64,000 bases of DNA from positions 13,268,001 through 13,332,000 of the forward strand of contig CM075981.1 of NCBI GenBank assembly GCA_038087875.1. The letters run 5' to 3'. The DNA comes from Malacoraja senta. Taxonomy: Eukaryota. A program made the position numbers and the translations under genes. Every line of letters starts with the position of its first letter. Position 1 is the first letter of the stretch. Of the stretch, positions 47,831 through 61,970 are shown piece by piece. The notes beneath the pieces are model-generated. The model was not told the DNA's origin, did not search any database, and saw only the letters and a list, made by a program, of their open reading frames with translations.

Positions 47831-48835
47831 CAGAACAGATCACGCAGAATTGTACCAACACCCAAACTTGTCTAGTCATGCAGAAAGCCATTTATCTTTG
47901 TTGAGACGCTCGGTTCCATCTATCAATATTGCCTTATCGTGCACTCGTGCCTAATTACTACACATTGCCCAGTCATTCTGTACCTCCCAACCAATTACAC
48001 CACACATTACAAAGTGAAGCAATATTTCAGTATATCCAGACAACACTGGAGATCAGGATGGAACTTGGGTTATTGGATTTATGAGGTAGCAGCACTACCT
48101 GCTGTGCCATTGGGTTGTGACTTGTTTATGGTTGAGTCAAAGATACATTAAATCTAGAAGGAAAGTGGTTTACGCTAATAGAGAAAAACAACGAAACTTT
48201 GAACAAGTTTTTAAGGCATTAAATACTCAGATACATTTCTTTGAGAGGAAGGTTGAGGAGACTAAAACAAAATTGGAACAATTATCAGATCCACTTAATA
48301 TTTTGAATGATTTATTGTCTTCCTGCAAGTTATCACAGTGTGTAGACACAAAATGCTGGAGTAACTCAGCGGGTCAGGCAGCATCTCTGGAGAGAAGGAA
48401 TGGGTGACGTTTCGGGTCAAGGCCCTTCTTCAGACTAGAGTCAGGGGAAAGGGATATGAGAGAAATAGACGGTGAAGTAGAGAGATATAGAACAAATTAT
48501 TGAAAGATGCAAAAAAGTAGCGATGATAAAGGAAATAGGCCATTGTTAGCTGTTTGCTAGGTGAGAACGAGAAGCTGGTGTGCATGATGAGGCAATATTA
48601 ACGGTGAAACAAAGATAAATGGCTTTCTGCATGACTGGACAAGTTTGAGTGTTGGTATAATTCTGTGTGATCATGTAATTCCAAGAGACAGAGGTAAAGT
48701 TGAGTTACTAGGTAATAATAACACAACAATGTCAATTGATTGGGCAATGACGAGTGACAACAAAATGTTAAGTGACCATGATATGTGACTTGGTTGTGTT
48801 GAGTGGCAAGTGTTTCTATGCTGAATTTGTGCATT

Positions 48836-50587
48836 GTGCAAGGTGAATTTATTATGGGGAACAAGGAAATGGCAGATGAGTTGAACAGGTACTTTGGATC
48901 CGTCTTCACTAAGGAGGACACAAACAATCTTCCTGATGAACTAGTGGCCAGAGGAGGGGTGACGGAGGAACTAAAGGAAATCCACATTAAGCAGGAAATG
49001 GTGTTGGGTAGACTGATGGGACTGAAGGCTGATAAATCCCCAGGGCCTGATGGTCTGTATCCCAGGATACTTAAGCAAGTGGCTCTAGAATTCGTGGATG
49101 CATTGGTGATAATTTTCCAATGTTCTATAGACTCAGGATCAGTTCCTGTGGATTGGAGGTTAGCTAATGTTATCTCACTTTTTAAGAAAGGCAGGAGAAA
49201 GAAAACAGGGAATTATAGACCAGTCAGCCTGACATCGGTGGTGGGGAAGATGAAATAGCCGCACATTAGATAGCAGTAACAGGATCGGTCCGAGTCAGCA
49301 TGGATTTACGAAGGGGAAATCATGCTTGACTAATCTTCTGGAATTTTTTGAGGAAGTAACTAGGAAAATGGACAACGGAGAGCCAGTGGATGTAGTGTAC
49401 CTGGACTTTCAGAAAGCATTTGATAAGGTCCCACATAGGTGATTAGTGGGCAAAATTAGGGCACATGGTATTGGGGGTAGAGTGCTGACATGGATAGAAA
49501 ATTGGTTGGCAGACAGGAAACAAAGAGTAGGGATTAACGGGTCCCTTTCAGAATGGCAGGCAGTGTCTAGTGGGGTACCGCAAGGTTCGGTGCTGGGACT
49601 GCAGCTATTTACAATATACATCAATGATTTGGATGAAGGGATTCATAGTAACATTAGCAAATTTGCAGGACACAAAGCTGGGTGGCAGTGTGAACTGTGA
49701 GGAGGATGCTGTGAGAATGCAGGGTTACTTCGACAGGTTGGGGGAATGGGCAGATGCATGGCAGATGAAGTTTAATATGGATAAATGTGAGGTTATCCAC
49801 TTTGGTATCAAAAACAGGAAGGCAGATTACTATCTAAATGGCGTCAAGTTGGGAAAAGGGGAAGTACAATGGGATCTGGGGGTCCTTGTTCATCAGTCTA
49901 TGAAAGTAAGCATGCAGGTACAGCAGGCAGTGAAGAAAGCGAATGGCATGTTGGCCTTTATAATAAGAGGAATCGAGTATAGGAGCTAAGAGGTCCTTCT
50001 GCAGTTGTACAGGGCACCAGTGAGACCACACCTGGAGTATTGTGTGCAGTTTTGGTCCCCTAATTTGAGGAAGGACATTCTTGCTATTGAGGGAGTGTAG
50101 CGTAGGTTTACAAGGTTAATTCCCGGGATGACAGGACTGTCATATGCTGAAAGAATGAAGCAGTTAGGCTTGTACACCATGGAGTTTAGAAGGAGGAGAG
50201 GGGATCTTATTGAAGCATATAAGATTGTTGAGGGTTTGGACATGCTAGAAGCAGGAAACATGTTCCCGATGTTGGGGGAGTCCAGAACCAGGGGCCACAG
50301 TTTAAGAATAAGGGGTAAGCCATTTAGAACGGCGACGAGGAAACACTTTTTCTCACAGTGAGTTGCGAGTCTGTGGAATTCTCTGCCTCAGAGGGCGGTG
50401 GAGGCCGGTCCTCTGGATACTTTCAAGAGAGAGCTAGATAGGGCTCTTAAAGATAGCGGAGTCAGGGGATATGGGGAGAAGGCAGGAACGAGGTACTGAT
50501 TGGGGATGATCAGCCATGATCACATTGAATGGTGGTGCTGGCTCGAAGGGCCGAATGGCCTACTCCTGCACCTATTGTCTATTGTTC
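48836..50587 (+). mobile_element. CR1 LINE, 5'-truncated (RT + 3' UTR), disabled
   Basis: [38 protein letters not shown]; in-frame stops. Confidence 0.95.
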
Positions 50588-50722
50588 TACCTGTTCGCAA
50601 CAACAAATCCCTTTGTAAACACACCCTCCCTAGCCAACAATTGGCCTGCCAGGGAACCACCCTACCTGAGGTCATCAGTTGCCGGCCCTGATCTGTCCTG
50701 GTTTTTTACGCCTTCAGTCCAG

Positions 50723-50866
50723 TCCTCCCCCTCCCTCCTCCCTCTCCCCCTCCCCCACCTCCCTCTCCCCTCTCCCCCCTCCACCTCCCTCCCTCTCCCC
50801 TCCCTCCCCTCTCCCCTCTCACCCTCTCCACACCCTCTCCCTCCCCTAAGCCTCTTTACCTTATCT
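50723..50866. repeat. CT-rich microsatellite
   Basis: (CCCTCT)n-like tract. Confidence 0.9.
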
Positions 50867-51312
50867 TTTAAGAAGCTCCCCAGAATCTTGACAAAAACTG
50901 CAGAAAACTACTCTAATATTCCTTTATGTGTGTCTTGTTCAATAATGCTACTGTGAAGAGCTTTGGGATGTTTTGCTGTGTTAAAAGACTACTCAAATAC
51001 AAGTTGAAGGGTTTTGGATTAAAGTACTAATGCATAGGTTTGAGTACATTAACCCAGTTGACATTCTGCATTATTAATGTGCTTTTCTTTAGATGAGGGT
51101 TTAAGGTAAGAGCTTCAAGACCTTCTTCACTCTCAGGTATATGTAAATTTTAATCCAGTACTATTCAAAGAGCAAAGATGTTCTCTTAGCCAACTATAGA
51201 TAAGAAATAACAGTATGACTCTGAAACAAGGAAATAACAAACAGGCTGGTCTAGGCTGGTCAGTGGCTCTTTAAGATGGATGGGGCAGACTGGAGCCATC
51301 TAAACTGCTGGA

Positions 51313-54300
51313 GACATATTTAATGGGATAATCGAGGATGGAGTTAAAGGGAAAGAGAGTAAAGGGATGGTTAATGACCCCAGAATTAACGGGAAAGGAA
51401 GCTCACAAAGGGATAAGAGAGTATGGCCAAGGATAATAGGGATCGATGTGAAAGGTGAGATGCGTAAGGAATTAAAAGTATTGTATATGAATGCGTGAAG
51501 TATAAGAAGTAAAGTAGATGAGCTTGAGGCTCAGTTAGAGGTTGGTAGATATGACATTGTGGGGATTACTGAGACGTGGCTGCAGGAGGATCGGGCCTGG
51601 GAACTTAATATTCAGGGTTATACATCCTATAGAAAGGACAGGCAGGTGGGCAGAGGAGGGGGGGTAGCTCTGCTGGTGAGGGATGGAATTCAGTCCCTTG
51701 TGTGGGAAGACATTGGGACTGACGAAGTAGAGTCAATGTGGATTGAGTTGAGGAATTGTAAAGGCATGAAATCACAAATTGGTGTTATTTACAGACCCCC
51801 AAATAGTAGCTGGGATGTAGGGTGTAAGCTGCAGCAGGAGTTAAAACTGGCATGTAACAAAGGTAATGCCACTGTGGTGATGGGCGATTTCAATATGCAG
51901 GTAGACTGGGAAAATCAGGTTGGTTCAGGACCCCAAGAAAGAGAGTTTGTAGAATGCCTCCAAGATGGATTCTTAGAGCAGCTTGTAATGGAGCCGCCCA
52001 GAGAAAAGGCAATTCTGGATTTAGTGTTGTCCAATGAACCAGATATGATAAGAGAACTCGAGGTAAAGGAACCGCTTGGAGGTAGTGATCATAATATGAT
52101 TAGTTTTAATCTGCAATTTGAGAAGGAGAACGTTAAATCGGAAGTGACAGTGATGCAGTTGAACAAAGGGGACTATGAAGGCATGAGAGGGGAGCTGGAC
52201 AAAGTAGACTGGAAAGGGATCCTAGCAGGAATGATGGTGGAACAGCAATGGCAGGAATTTCTGGGCATAATCCGGAAGACGCAGGATCATTTCATTCCAA
52301 AAAGGAAGAAAGATTTTAAGGGGAGTAGGAGCCAACCGTGGCTGACAAGAGAAGTTAGGGATAGAATAAAACTAAAAGAAAAGATGTATAACACAGCAAA
52401 GAGTAGCCAGAAGCCAGAGGATTGGGAAACTTTCATAGGACAACAGAAGGAAACAAAATGGGCAATACGGGCTGAAAAGATGAAGTATGAAGGGAAGCTG
52501 GCCAGGAATATAAAGAAGGACAGTAAAAGCTTCTTTAGATATGTTAAGGGAAAAAGAGTAGCAAAGTCAAATGTGGGTCCCTTGAAGGCTGACACGGGTG
52601 AAATTATTATGGGCAACAAGGAAATGGCAGAAGAGTTGAATAGGTACTTCGGATCTGTCTTCACTAAGGAAGACACAAACAATCTCCCTGATGTACTGGA
52701 GGGCAGAGGATCTAAGGGGGTAGAGGAACTGAAATACATTTTCATTAGGTGAGAAATAGTATTGGGTAGGCTAATGGGACTGAAGGATGATAAATCCCCT
52801 GGGCCTAATGGTCTGCATCCCAGGGTCCTCAGGGAGGTGGCTCTAGAAATAGTGGACGCATTGGTGATCATTTTCCAATGTTCAATAGATTCAGGATCTG
52901 TTCCTGTGGATTGGAGGATAGCTAATGTTATCCCACTTTTCAAGAAAGGGGCGAGAGAGAAAACGGGGAATTACAGACCAGTTAGCCTGACTTCGGTGGT
53001 GGGAAAGATGCTGGAGTCAATTATTAAAGAGGTAATAATAGGGCATTTGGATAGCAGTAAAAGTATTAGTCCAAGTCAACATGGATTTATGAAAGGGAAA
53101 TCATGCTTGACTACTCTTCTGGAATTTTTTGAGGATGTGACAAGTAAAATGGATGAAGTGGTGCCAGTGGATGTAGTGTATTTAGACTTTCAGAAAGCCT
53201 TTGATAAGGTCCCGCACTAAAATTAGAGCACATGGTATTGGGGGTAGGGTGTTGACATGGATAGAAAATTGGTTGGCAGACCGGAAGCAAAGAGTAGGAG
53301 TGAACGGGTCCTTTTCAGAATGGCAGGCAGTGGCGAGTGGAGTGCCGCAAGGCTCGGTGTTGGGGCCGCAACTGTTTACCATATATATTAATGATTTGGA
53401 AGAGGGAATTAGGAGCAACACTAGCAAGTTTGCAGATGACACAAAGCTGGGTGGCAGTGTGAACTGTGAAGAGGATGTTAGGAGGTTGCAGGGTGACCTG
53501 GACAGGTTGAGCGAGTGGGCAGATGCGTGGCAGATGCAGTATAATATAGATAAATGTGAGGTTATCCACTTTGGCGGCAAAAACAAGGCGGCAGATTATT
53601 ATCTCAATGGGGTTAGGTTAGGTAAGGGGGAGGTGCAGCGAGACCTGGGCGTCCTTGTACACCGGTCACTGAAAGTTAGCTTACAGGTACAGCAGGCAGT
53701 GAAGAAAGCTAATGGAATGTTGGCCTTCATAACAAGAGGATTTCAGTATAGGAGTAAAGAGGTTCTTCTGCAATCGTATAGGGCTCTGGTGAGACCACAT
53801 CTGGAGTATTGTGTACAGTTTTGGTCTCCTAATTTGAGGAAGGACATCCTTGTGATTGAGGCAGTGCAGCGTAGGTTCACGAGATTGATCCCTGGGATGG
53901 TGGGGCTGTCATATGAGGAAATTGAAAAGACTAGGCTTGTATTCACTGGAGTTTAGAGGGATGAGGGAGGATTTTATAGAAACATATAAAATTATAAAAG
54001 GACTGGACAAGCTAGATGCAGGAAAAATGTTCCCAATGTTGGGCGAGTCCAGAACCAGGGGCCACAGTCTTAGAATAAAGGGGAGGTCATTTAAGACTGA
54101 GGTGAGAAAAAACTTTTTCACCCAGAGAGTTGTGAATTTATGGAATTCCCTGCCACAGAGGGCAGTGGAAGCCAAATCACTGGATGGATTTAAGAGAGAG
54201 TTAGATAGAGCTCTAGGGGCTAGTGGAGTCAAGGGATATGGGGAGAAGGCAGGCACGGGTTATTGATAGGGGACGATCAGCCATGATCATAATGATTGGC

Positions 54301-54358
54301 GGTGCTGGCTCGAAGGGCCGAATGGCCTCCTCCTGCACCTATTTTCTATGTTTCTATG
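51313..54358 (+). mobile_element. CR1 LINE, nearly complete ORF2 (endonuclease + RT) + 3' UTR, few disablements
   Basis: GITETW, GGGVAL, YRPP, MGDFN, SDHN; [31 protein letters not shown]; (TTCTATG)n tail. Confidence 0.96.
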
Positions 54359-55748
54359 AACAGATAAGAAACACTAAGGCCCTGTTTCAATTACTAAACC
54401 AGTGAGGTAAGAGAAAAAACACATTGGATTCTTCACTGCCTAAATTGAAGGTAAAGTACCGAGTTTTGGTTCCTGTGAAAGTTGTGTGAATAACAATTTA
54501 ATTATATTTTTAAAAATCACGGGGGGGGGGGGGGAGCGATCATTGAAACTTACCGCAAAATGAAACCTGGATCGAGTGGATGTGGATAGGACCAGAGGGC
54601 ACAGCCTCGGTACCTCTAGAAAGGAGATGAGGAATTTATTTTGCCAGTGAGTGGCAAATCTGTGGAATTCACTGCCACAGATGGCTGTGGAGGCCATGTC
54701 TATGGGTAATGTTAAAGCATAGATTGACTTGATTAGTAAGGGTGTCAAAGCTTACGGGGAGAAGGAAGGAGAATGGGGTTGAGAGGGGTTGGAGAAAGAT
54801 GGTTTGGTGGAGTAAATCCAATGGGCTGAATAGCCTAATTCTGCTCCTATGACTTATGACCTTTATACAGTGATGAGCTGTAAGTTGGGAAATGAAGTAA
54901 ATATCAGCTATTGACAGAGTGATAGTGATAGGAACAGCCTTGGAATGGGTATATGGCTGGACCTCTGGCTGTAGAAGGTAGTTGGCTCCATCACTAGTAT
55001 AAGCCTTTAGTTGCTTTGTATCTCAGGCAGCTGGAGGAAGGAACATGGAGAAAGAAGTAAACATTTCAGGGCTAGTTTCTCCAAGCAACAGTCTTTCTGA
55101 CTCTCATCTTTTGAGCTCCTTTAGCAAATCATCATTGCTTTCTTGCCTGTTCATCATTGCTCTGTCTTTGCTGGACACGTCAAGACCAGTGCTCAGGCAC
55201 CCACTTTGCAAACAAAAATATGCCACTCGTTGAGCCAAGATTTCCCTCTGTCACAACTTGTATCTTGAGTCTCTTGGAATGAAGTGTATTCAAGTTTAAC
55301 TAGCCAGGTGTAAACTTTCAGGTTATCAATAATCCCTCTACATAACATGGGTGCAGGGAATGTACTTTATGTTAGAACTTGCTTTTTTTGGTCACAGTCC
55401 CACTAAGATCTAATTACATATCTGTGACAGTCTCACAGACAGCTGACAACTGGGTGTGGCACAAGAACTGACAATCATTTATATACCTCGTGTGGAAATG
55501 TAAAGTAAAACAAAGTTGCCGATTAAAGTTCATTTTATATGTCATAATTATTAAGTGAGAATCTTGTGAACAATTTTACATTACAATCTATCAAAAGCAT
55601 GCACTATACAAATATTTTCATGAGTGAGTCCAAATCTTTGGTTTAATGAATAAAATAACATGCTTCAAACAATAGGATTTCTACCCAAGGAAGTGGCATA
55701 CAAATGAAAGCCCCAAATTAGTTCAATAGGAAATCAGAAATAAAGTTA

Positions 55749-56296
55749 AGCCCCTGTCCCACTTTCACGACCTAATTGGCGACCTTGACTCATACTCGCA
55801 GCATGGTCGCCACGAGGTCGTAGGAGGTCTTCGTAACTTTTCCTCATGCTCGTGAGTGGTCTCCGCGTACTCGTGGCCTCAGTAGTTCGCGCTGTTTTTT
55901 CCAGCCTGATAAAAAATGTCCACGAGTAAAAAAAAGGTTGGCATGGAAAAAATTGATACTTTTTACTCCTAGGTAGGTCGTAGTAGGTCGTGATGGTAGT
56001 CGTAGGTAGTTGTAGGTCGGTAACTGGCCCGAGAAAAAAAATGGAAACTTGACATCATTTTATCATGTGATCATTTTCCACTCGTAGCTAGTCGTAGTTG
56101 GTCTTAGGTGTGGAAGACTGAGGTCGAGGGGGGTTGTAGGAGGTCGTAGACATAGTCGTAGGAGGTTGTAGACATAGTCGTAGGAGGTCGTAGGAGGTCT
56201 TTTACTTCGGCGAGTCAACACGACCTTGACATTTTTTTCAACTCGTCTAGAGTCTTCTAAACTCGTGGATTAGGTCGTCCAAGTTTGACAGGCTCT
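55749..56296. mobile_element. PIF/Harbinger-like MITE, third interior type
   Basis: AGCCCCTGTCCCACTT..AAGTTTGACAGGCTCT, TTA TSD (55746-48, 56297-99); GGTCGTAG-rich interior. Confidence 0.8.
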
Positions 56297-57714
56297 TTAT
56301 TTATCAAAGTCGGTTAGGAATAGGCACTTGCTACCATGTGCAATTAAAGTGTAAATGAGACAAAGGGATTTAAGGTAATCCTGATTGGGTTCGGTGGGGA
56401 GAGATTGAGTAGAATAAAAACCTTAGTATAAACCATTTAATTCCAAGTAATGTAATCTAATTGTACCCTACCAGAGGCGATGAGGTGTGTGTTGTTATTA
56501 TTAAAGATCACTCAATCCTCCCAATTTGAACCTTTCTTTGACTTTCAACTTTTAGCATTTCACGATTACATAATAACGTGCACAGAAGCACCAAGAGAAT
56601 TGTATTACATTTTCAGAAAATAAAGCAAGTTGTGCATACAAAATTGGCAGTTGTATAAAATCACCACTGTTAACAGAGAACAACTCCCCTGGTGTCAAGA
56701 CTTAATTCAGCAGAGACATTGAAGTGGAATTTCCCACAGGAACTGTAACTGAAGCTGATGGGTCTTGAGCTGAGCAGAGAGCATGGTAGGGTGGGAGTGG
56801 TGACTGTAGGTATTATTATTTGGAAACCAGAGCCAGCTGCCTTTTGTAATATGAGCAGTTTCAGATCCTGGTTGCATGGAGATGAGTAATATCTAGCCAA
56901 TCATAACTAGTGAGAAATGTGGCAGGAAAATTAACGGAGGGGAAATTACAACAACAAAACTGAATCCAGCTCTATATATATTCTGCTGATCAACAGATTT
57001 TCAGGAATCGTTTTACTTTGGTGTTTTGCAGAGCAAATAGATTGATTTAAAAGATGCTCAAAATGCAGAATATTGAAAGTATAAACTTGAACAAGAAACT
57101 CTGCTGCTATACTACAGTATGGTATGAATACAGTGTATTCCACCAAAATCTTACCAGAGCAATGAAACTCAAATACTGAATAGAATTTGAGAATAGTTGA
57201 AATAAACAGCCAGGGTCATATCGCTAGCATATCATCATTATTTGGTATAATCTGGAAAGTGAGGATTAATCAGAGTACAGACTTCCACTCATTTGGTACA
57301 GAATGGATTTTGAGTGAGAACATGTTTCCATAGAATAATTAACATATTGTCTCCTTCAGATAGAAAAAAAAAACTTTGATAGGGTTTTGGAATCACCTTA
57401 TGAAGAGTCTTACTGACAATTTAATTTTCATCAAAGAAAAAAATCTTTCCCCAAAAATGTTCCAGGGAATGATATCACCAACATCTGAGTAAAAGGGAAT
57501 TAGAGTAATAGTATGTTTAACAGCAGAGTGAGTGATTCATGAGTTGGTTCCATCTTGCTGCATTGTAGAAATCAAGCCTCGACTTGTCGCATATTTCAAC
57601 CTATCAATAAGTAGTCTGTTTAAGTACATGTGGCATCTTCATAGTAGCATGCAGAGAGCTCATTCATACCGACATAAAGCATAATCATATTGCGAGACGT
57701 TATTTATGGTTAAA

Positions 57715-59108
57715 TATAGAAACATAGAAACATAGAAATTAGGTGCAGGAGTAGGCTGATCATCCAACTCAGTATCCCGTACCTGCCTTCTCTCCATACC
57801 CTCTGATCCCTTTAGCCACAAGGGCCACATCTAACTCCCTCTTAAATATAGCCAATGAACTGGCCTCGACTACCTCTGTGGCGGAGAGTTCCAGAGATTC
57901 ACCACTCTCTGTGTGAAAAAAGTTATTCTCATCTCGGCTTTAAAGGATTTCCCCCTTATCCTTAAGCTGTGACCCCTTGTCCTGGACATCCCCAACATCG
58001 GGAGCAATCTTCCTGCATCTAGCCTGTCCAACCCCTTAAGAATTTTGTAAGTTTCTATAAGATCCCCTCTCAACCTCCTAAATTCTAGCGAGTATATACC
58101 AAGTCTATCCAGTCTTTCTTCATAAGACAGTCCTGACATCCCAGGAATCAGTCTGGTGAACCTTCTCTGCACTCCCTCTATGGCAATAATGTCCTTCCTC
58201 AGATTTGGAGACCAAAACTGTACGCAATACTCTAGGTGTGGTCTCACCAAGACCCTGTACAACTGCAGTAGAACCTCCCTGCTCCTATACTCAAATCCTT
58301 TTGCTATGAAAGCTAACATACCATTCGCTTTCTTCACTGCCTGCTGCACCTGCATGCCTACTTTCAATGACTGGTGTACCATGACACCCAGGTCTCGCTG
58401 CATCTCCCCTTTTCCTAGTCGGCCACCATTTAGATAATAGTCTGCTTTCCTGTTTTTGCCACCAAAATGGATAACCTCACATTTATCCACATTATAATGC
58501 ATTTGTCAAACATTTGCCCACTCACCCAGCCTATCCAAGTCACCTTGCAGTCTCCTAGCATCCTCCTCACAGCTAACACTGCCCCCCAGCTTAGTGTCAT
58601 CCGCAAACTTGGAGATATTGCCTTCAATTCCCTCATCCAGATCATTAATATATATTGTAAATAGCTGGGGTCCCAGCACTGAGCCTTGCGGTACCCCACT
58701 AGTCACTGCCTGCCATTGTGAAAAGGACCCGTTTACTCCTACTCTTTGCTTCCTGTTTGCCAGCCAGTTCTCTATCCACATCAATACTGAACCCCCAATG
58801 CCATGTGCGTTAAGTTTGTATACTAATCTCTTATGTGGGACCTTGTCGAAAGCCATCTGGAAGTCCAGATACACCACATCCATTGGTTCTCCCCTATCCA
58901 CGCTACTAGTTACATCCTCGAAAAATTCTATAAGATTCGTCAGACATGATTTACCTTTCGTAAATCCATGCTGACTTTGTCCAATGATTTCACCACTTTC
59001 CAAATGTGCTGCTATCCCATCTTTAATAAGTGACTCTAGCAGTTTCCCCACTACCGATGTTAGACTAACTGGTCTGTAATTCCCCGTTTTCTCTCTCCCT
59101 CCCTTCTT
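57715..59108 (-). mobile_element. CR1 LINE 3' portion (RT + 3' UTR)
   Basis: [41 protein letters not shown]. Confidence 0.95.
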
Positions 59109-59582
59109 ATCTACTTATTTTTACACTAAGCTCTGTGGCAGTGGTGTACAGACTGGGTACATTCAATGTTCCTCCCTAGCCTGTTATAACCTGGCTAATC
59201 TGAGTCAGCTATTATGCATTCAGAAGCCTATCCCAGATTGTAGCCAATTACATTGTTGATGTTGCAGAAATCATACGGATTATGTACAGGGAAGACACAA
59301 AGAACTGCACATGCTCAAATTCCGCATAGAATACAAAGTGCTGGAATAACTCAGGGGGTCAGGCAGCATCTCTGGAGGGCATAGGGAGATGATGTTTCGG
59401 GTCAGGACACTTCCTCAAACTCATTTGTACAGACTTGTATGGCTTGTCTTTGATCGTCATCCAAAATAATTATTCAATTACGTTTGCCAACTAAAGGACA
59501 TATGACTGAAGGCCTCTGTATGATCCTTTGTACCATGTGTACCATAACACCAAAATCTACCATGGCTGCCTGCTGCTCGATA

Positions 59583-59950
59583 CATTGTCCTGGGGGCGGA
59601 GTTGGATTCATGGGAGGTGGTCTTGGAACATCCTGGACAATACAGCTCACCCCCTCCATGACACACTGGTCAACCTGAGGTGTACCTTCAGCAACAGACT
59701 GGTTCCACAAAGATGCACGTCCACGCCATAGGAGATTCTTCTTCCCTGTGGCTATCAAACTGTACAACTCCTCCCCCTTCTGTCGTGGGGTAGACTGAGA
59801 CTGACTCCCTTCCCCCCCCCCCCCCCCCGCCCCCCCTAATCTTTGCACATCCCCAATCCTTTCCACTCATCACTTTGATTTTAGGTTTCGTGTATTTTGT
59901 GTTTTTATGACTGTTGGCAAATCAATATCCCTCCTGGGATAAATAAACCT
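59583..59950 (+). mobile_element. Rex1/Babar LINE 3' fragment
   Basis: ILDNTAHPLHDTLVNLRCTFSNRLVP.RC..FFPVAIKLYNS. Confidence 0.75.
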
Positions 59951-60544
59951 TTGTACATCGTTCTGAGTGAGACATCCAGGTCATGTACATTCATACTTGT
60001 GAAATTAGGAGTGGGTATAATCTGGTATAATGGAATATTTTGCAATTATTTTTTCCTTATTAATGGCGTGTGGATTTGTACTGTTATCATTACTCGGGTA
60101 ATTCAGGAAGCAATTAGGAGTCACTCATCTTGGTGTATTATTGGAAACCAAATAAGTTGTCCAAATAGATGTTTCCTTCCTTAAAAGTACTTTAATGAAA
60201 ATATAGATTTTTTATAACTTTCCAGCTCTGTTGAATCGGTACTAAAATATCTATGAGTGAATTATTGTCACAGGGTTTGATATGCTTTGATCGGCGACAA
60301 AATAATTTATGTTGGCTTACTAATGACCATGAGATCAAGCTAGTGGAAGCGTTCCGGTGGGTGCACTGTGCAATTCCAGCAGAAAGGCAATTATTTAGAG
60401 TGACAAGGTCACCACAACCTAGAAGGCTATGCTACTCAAGTTCATGCCAGCTGCCAACAGAGCAATCACTGCGTAGACACGTGAGATCATTTCTGCTTCC
60501 ACCATCTTGACAGGAGCAAATTCCACGTCATCACATAGATACAA

Positions 60545-61098
60545 AGATGAGGTTGGAGGAGGTGCAAGTGAATGGTGAGGTTCGAGGAGGTGCAAGAGGT
60601 CCAACCTCATCAACTATATCCACTGTTCCAGGTGTCAACTTCTCTACATCGGCGAGACCAAGTGCACGTTCTGCGATCGTTTCGCTGAACACCTCCGCTC
60701 AGTCCGTCTTAACCTACCTGATCTCCTGGTGGCTCAGCACTTCAACTCCCCCTCCCATTCCCAATCTGATCTTTCTGTCCTGGGCCTCCTCCATTGTCAG
60801 ATTGAGACCCAGCGCAAATTGGAGGAACAGCACCTCATATTTTGCTTGGGTAGTTTACATCCCAGCGGTGTGAACATTGACATCTCTAACTTCAGATAGA
60901 CCCTTGCTTTCTCTCTCCGTCCCCTCCTCCTTCCTAGTTCTCCTACTAGTCTTACTGTCTCCAACTACATTCTATCTTTGTCCCGCCCCCTGCTCTGACA
61001 TCAGTCTGAAGAAGGGTCTCGACCCGAAATGTCACCCATTCCTTCTCTCCAGAAATGTTGCCTGACCCACTGAGTTATTCCAGCATTTTGTGTCTACC
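60545..61098 (+). mobile_element. Penelope 3' fragment (GIY-YIG + pLTR) with short 5' inversion
   Basis: LYIGETK..DRFAEH..KLEEQHLIF; CTGAAGAAGGGTCTCGACCCGAAA. Confidence 0.85.
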
Positions 61099-61112
61099 TT
61101 ACCTTCGTACTT

Positions 61113-61274
61113 GTTGAAGAAAGAACTGCAGATGCTGGAAAAATCGAAGGTAGACAAAAATGCTGGAGAAACTCAGGTGGTCTGAAGAAGAGTCTCGACC
61201 CGAAACATCACCTATTCCTTCGCTCCATAGATGCTGCCTCATCCACTGATTTTCTCCAGCATTTTTGTCTACCT
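61113..61274. mobile_element. Fold-back Penelope pLTR mini-insertion
   Basis: 14-bp TSD ttaccttcgtactt (61099-112, 61275-288). Confidence 0.8.
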
Positions 61275-61970
61275 TTACCTTCGTACTTCATCTTTTCTCC
61301 CCATATTGCCTATTTAGTTACCTTCTGTTGTTCTTTAAATGTTTCCCAATCCTCTGGCTTCCCGCTCATCTTTGCTATGTCTTCTCTTTTCGTTTTATAC
61401 TGTCCTTGACTTCCCTTGTCAGCCACGGTTGCCTCTTACTCCCCTTAGAATCTTTCCTCCTCTTTGGAATGAAATGATCCTGCATCTTCAGGGTTATTCC
61501 CATAAATTCCTGCCATTGCTGTTCCACCGTCATCCCTGCTTGGGTCCCGTTCCAGTCAACTTTGTCCAGTTCCTCCCTCATGCCTCCATAGTCCCCTTTG
61601 TTCAACTGCAATACTGACACTTCTAATTTTACCATCTCCCTCTAAAATCGCAGATTAAAACTTATCATATTATGGTCACTACCTCCTAATGGTTCCTTTA
61701 CCTTGAATTCCCTTATCAAATCCGGTTCATTGCAAAACACTAAATCCAGAATTGCCTTCTCCCTGGTATGCTCCAGTACAAGCTGCTCTAAGAATCCATC
61801 TCGGAGGCACTCCACAAACTCCCTTTCTTGGGGTCCAGTACCAACCTGATTTTCCCAGTCTACCTGCATATTGAAATCTCCCATAACCACCGTAGCAATA
61901 CCTTTGTTACATGCCAAATGTAACTCCTGATGCAACTTGCACCCTATATCCAGGCTACCGTTTGGGGGCC
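61275..61970 (-). mobile_element. CR1 endonuclease-region fragment
   Basis: RPPN..VMGDFNMQVDW..AILDLV..GSDHNMISF; highly similar to the 51.3-kb copy. Confidence 0.9.

Noticed and set aside
51559-52752. 397-aa ORF as a domesticated endonuclease gene
   Set aside because: Part of a young CR1 copy with stops on both sides and a highly similar copy at 61.3-62 kb
60419-60545. Possible exon of a neighbouring gene (hydrophobic ORF end)
   Set aside because: No recognisable homology or convincing splice sites; the ORF begins in a Penelope fragment
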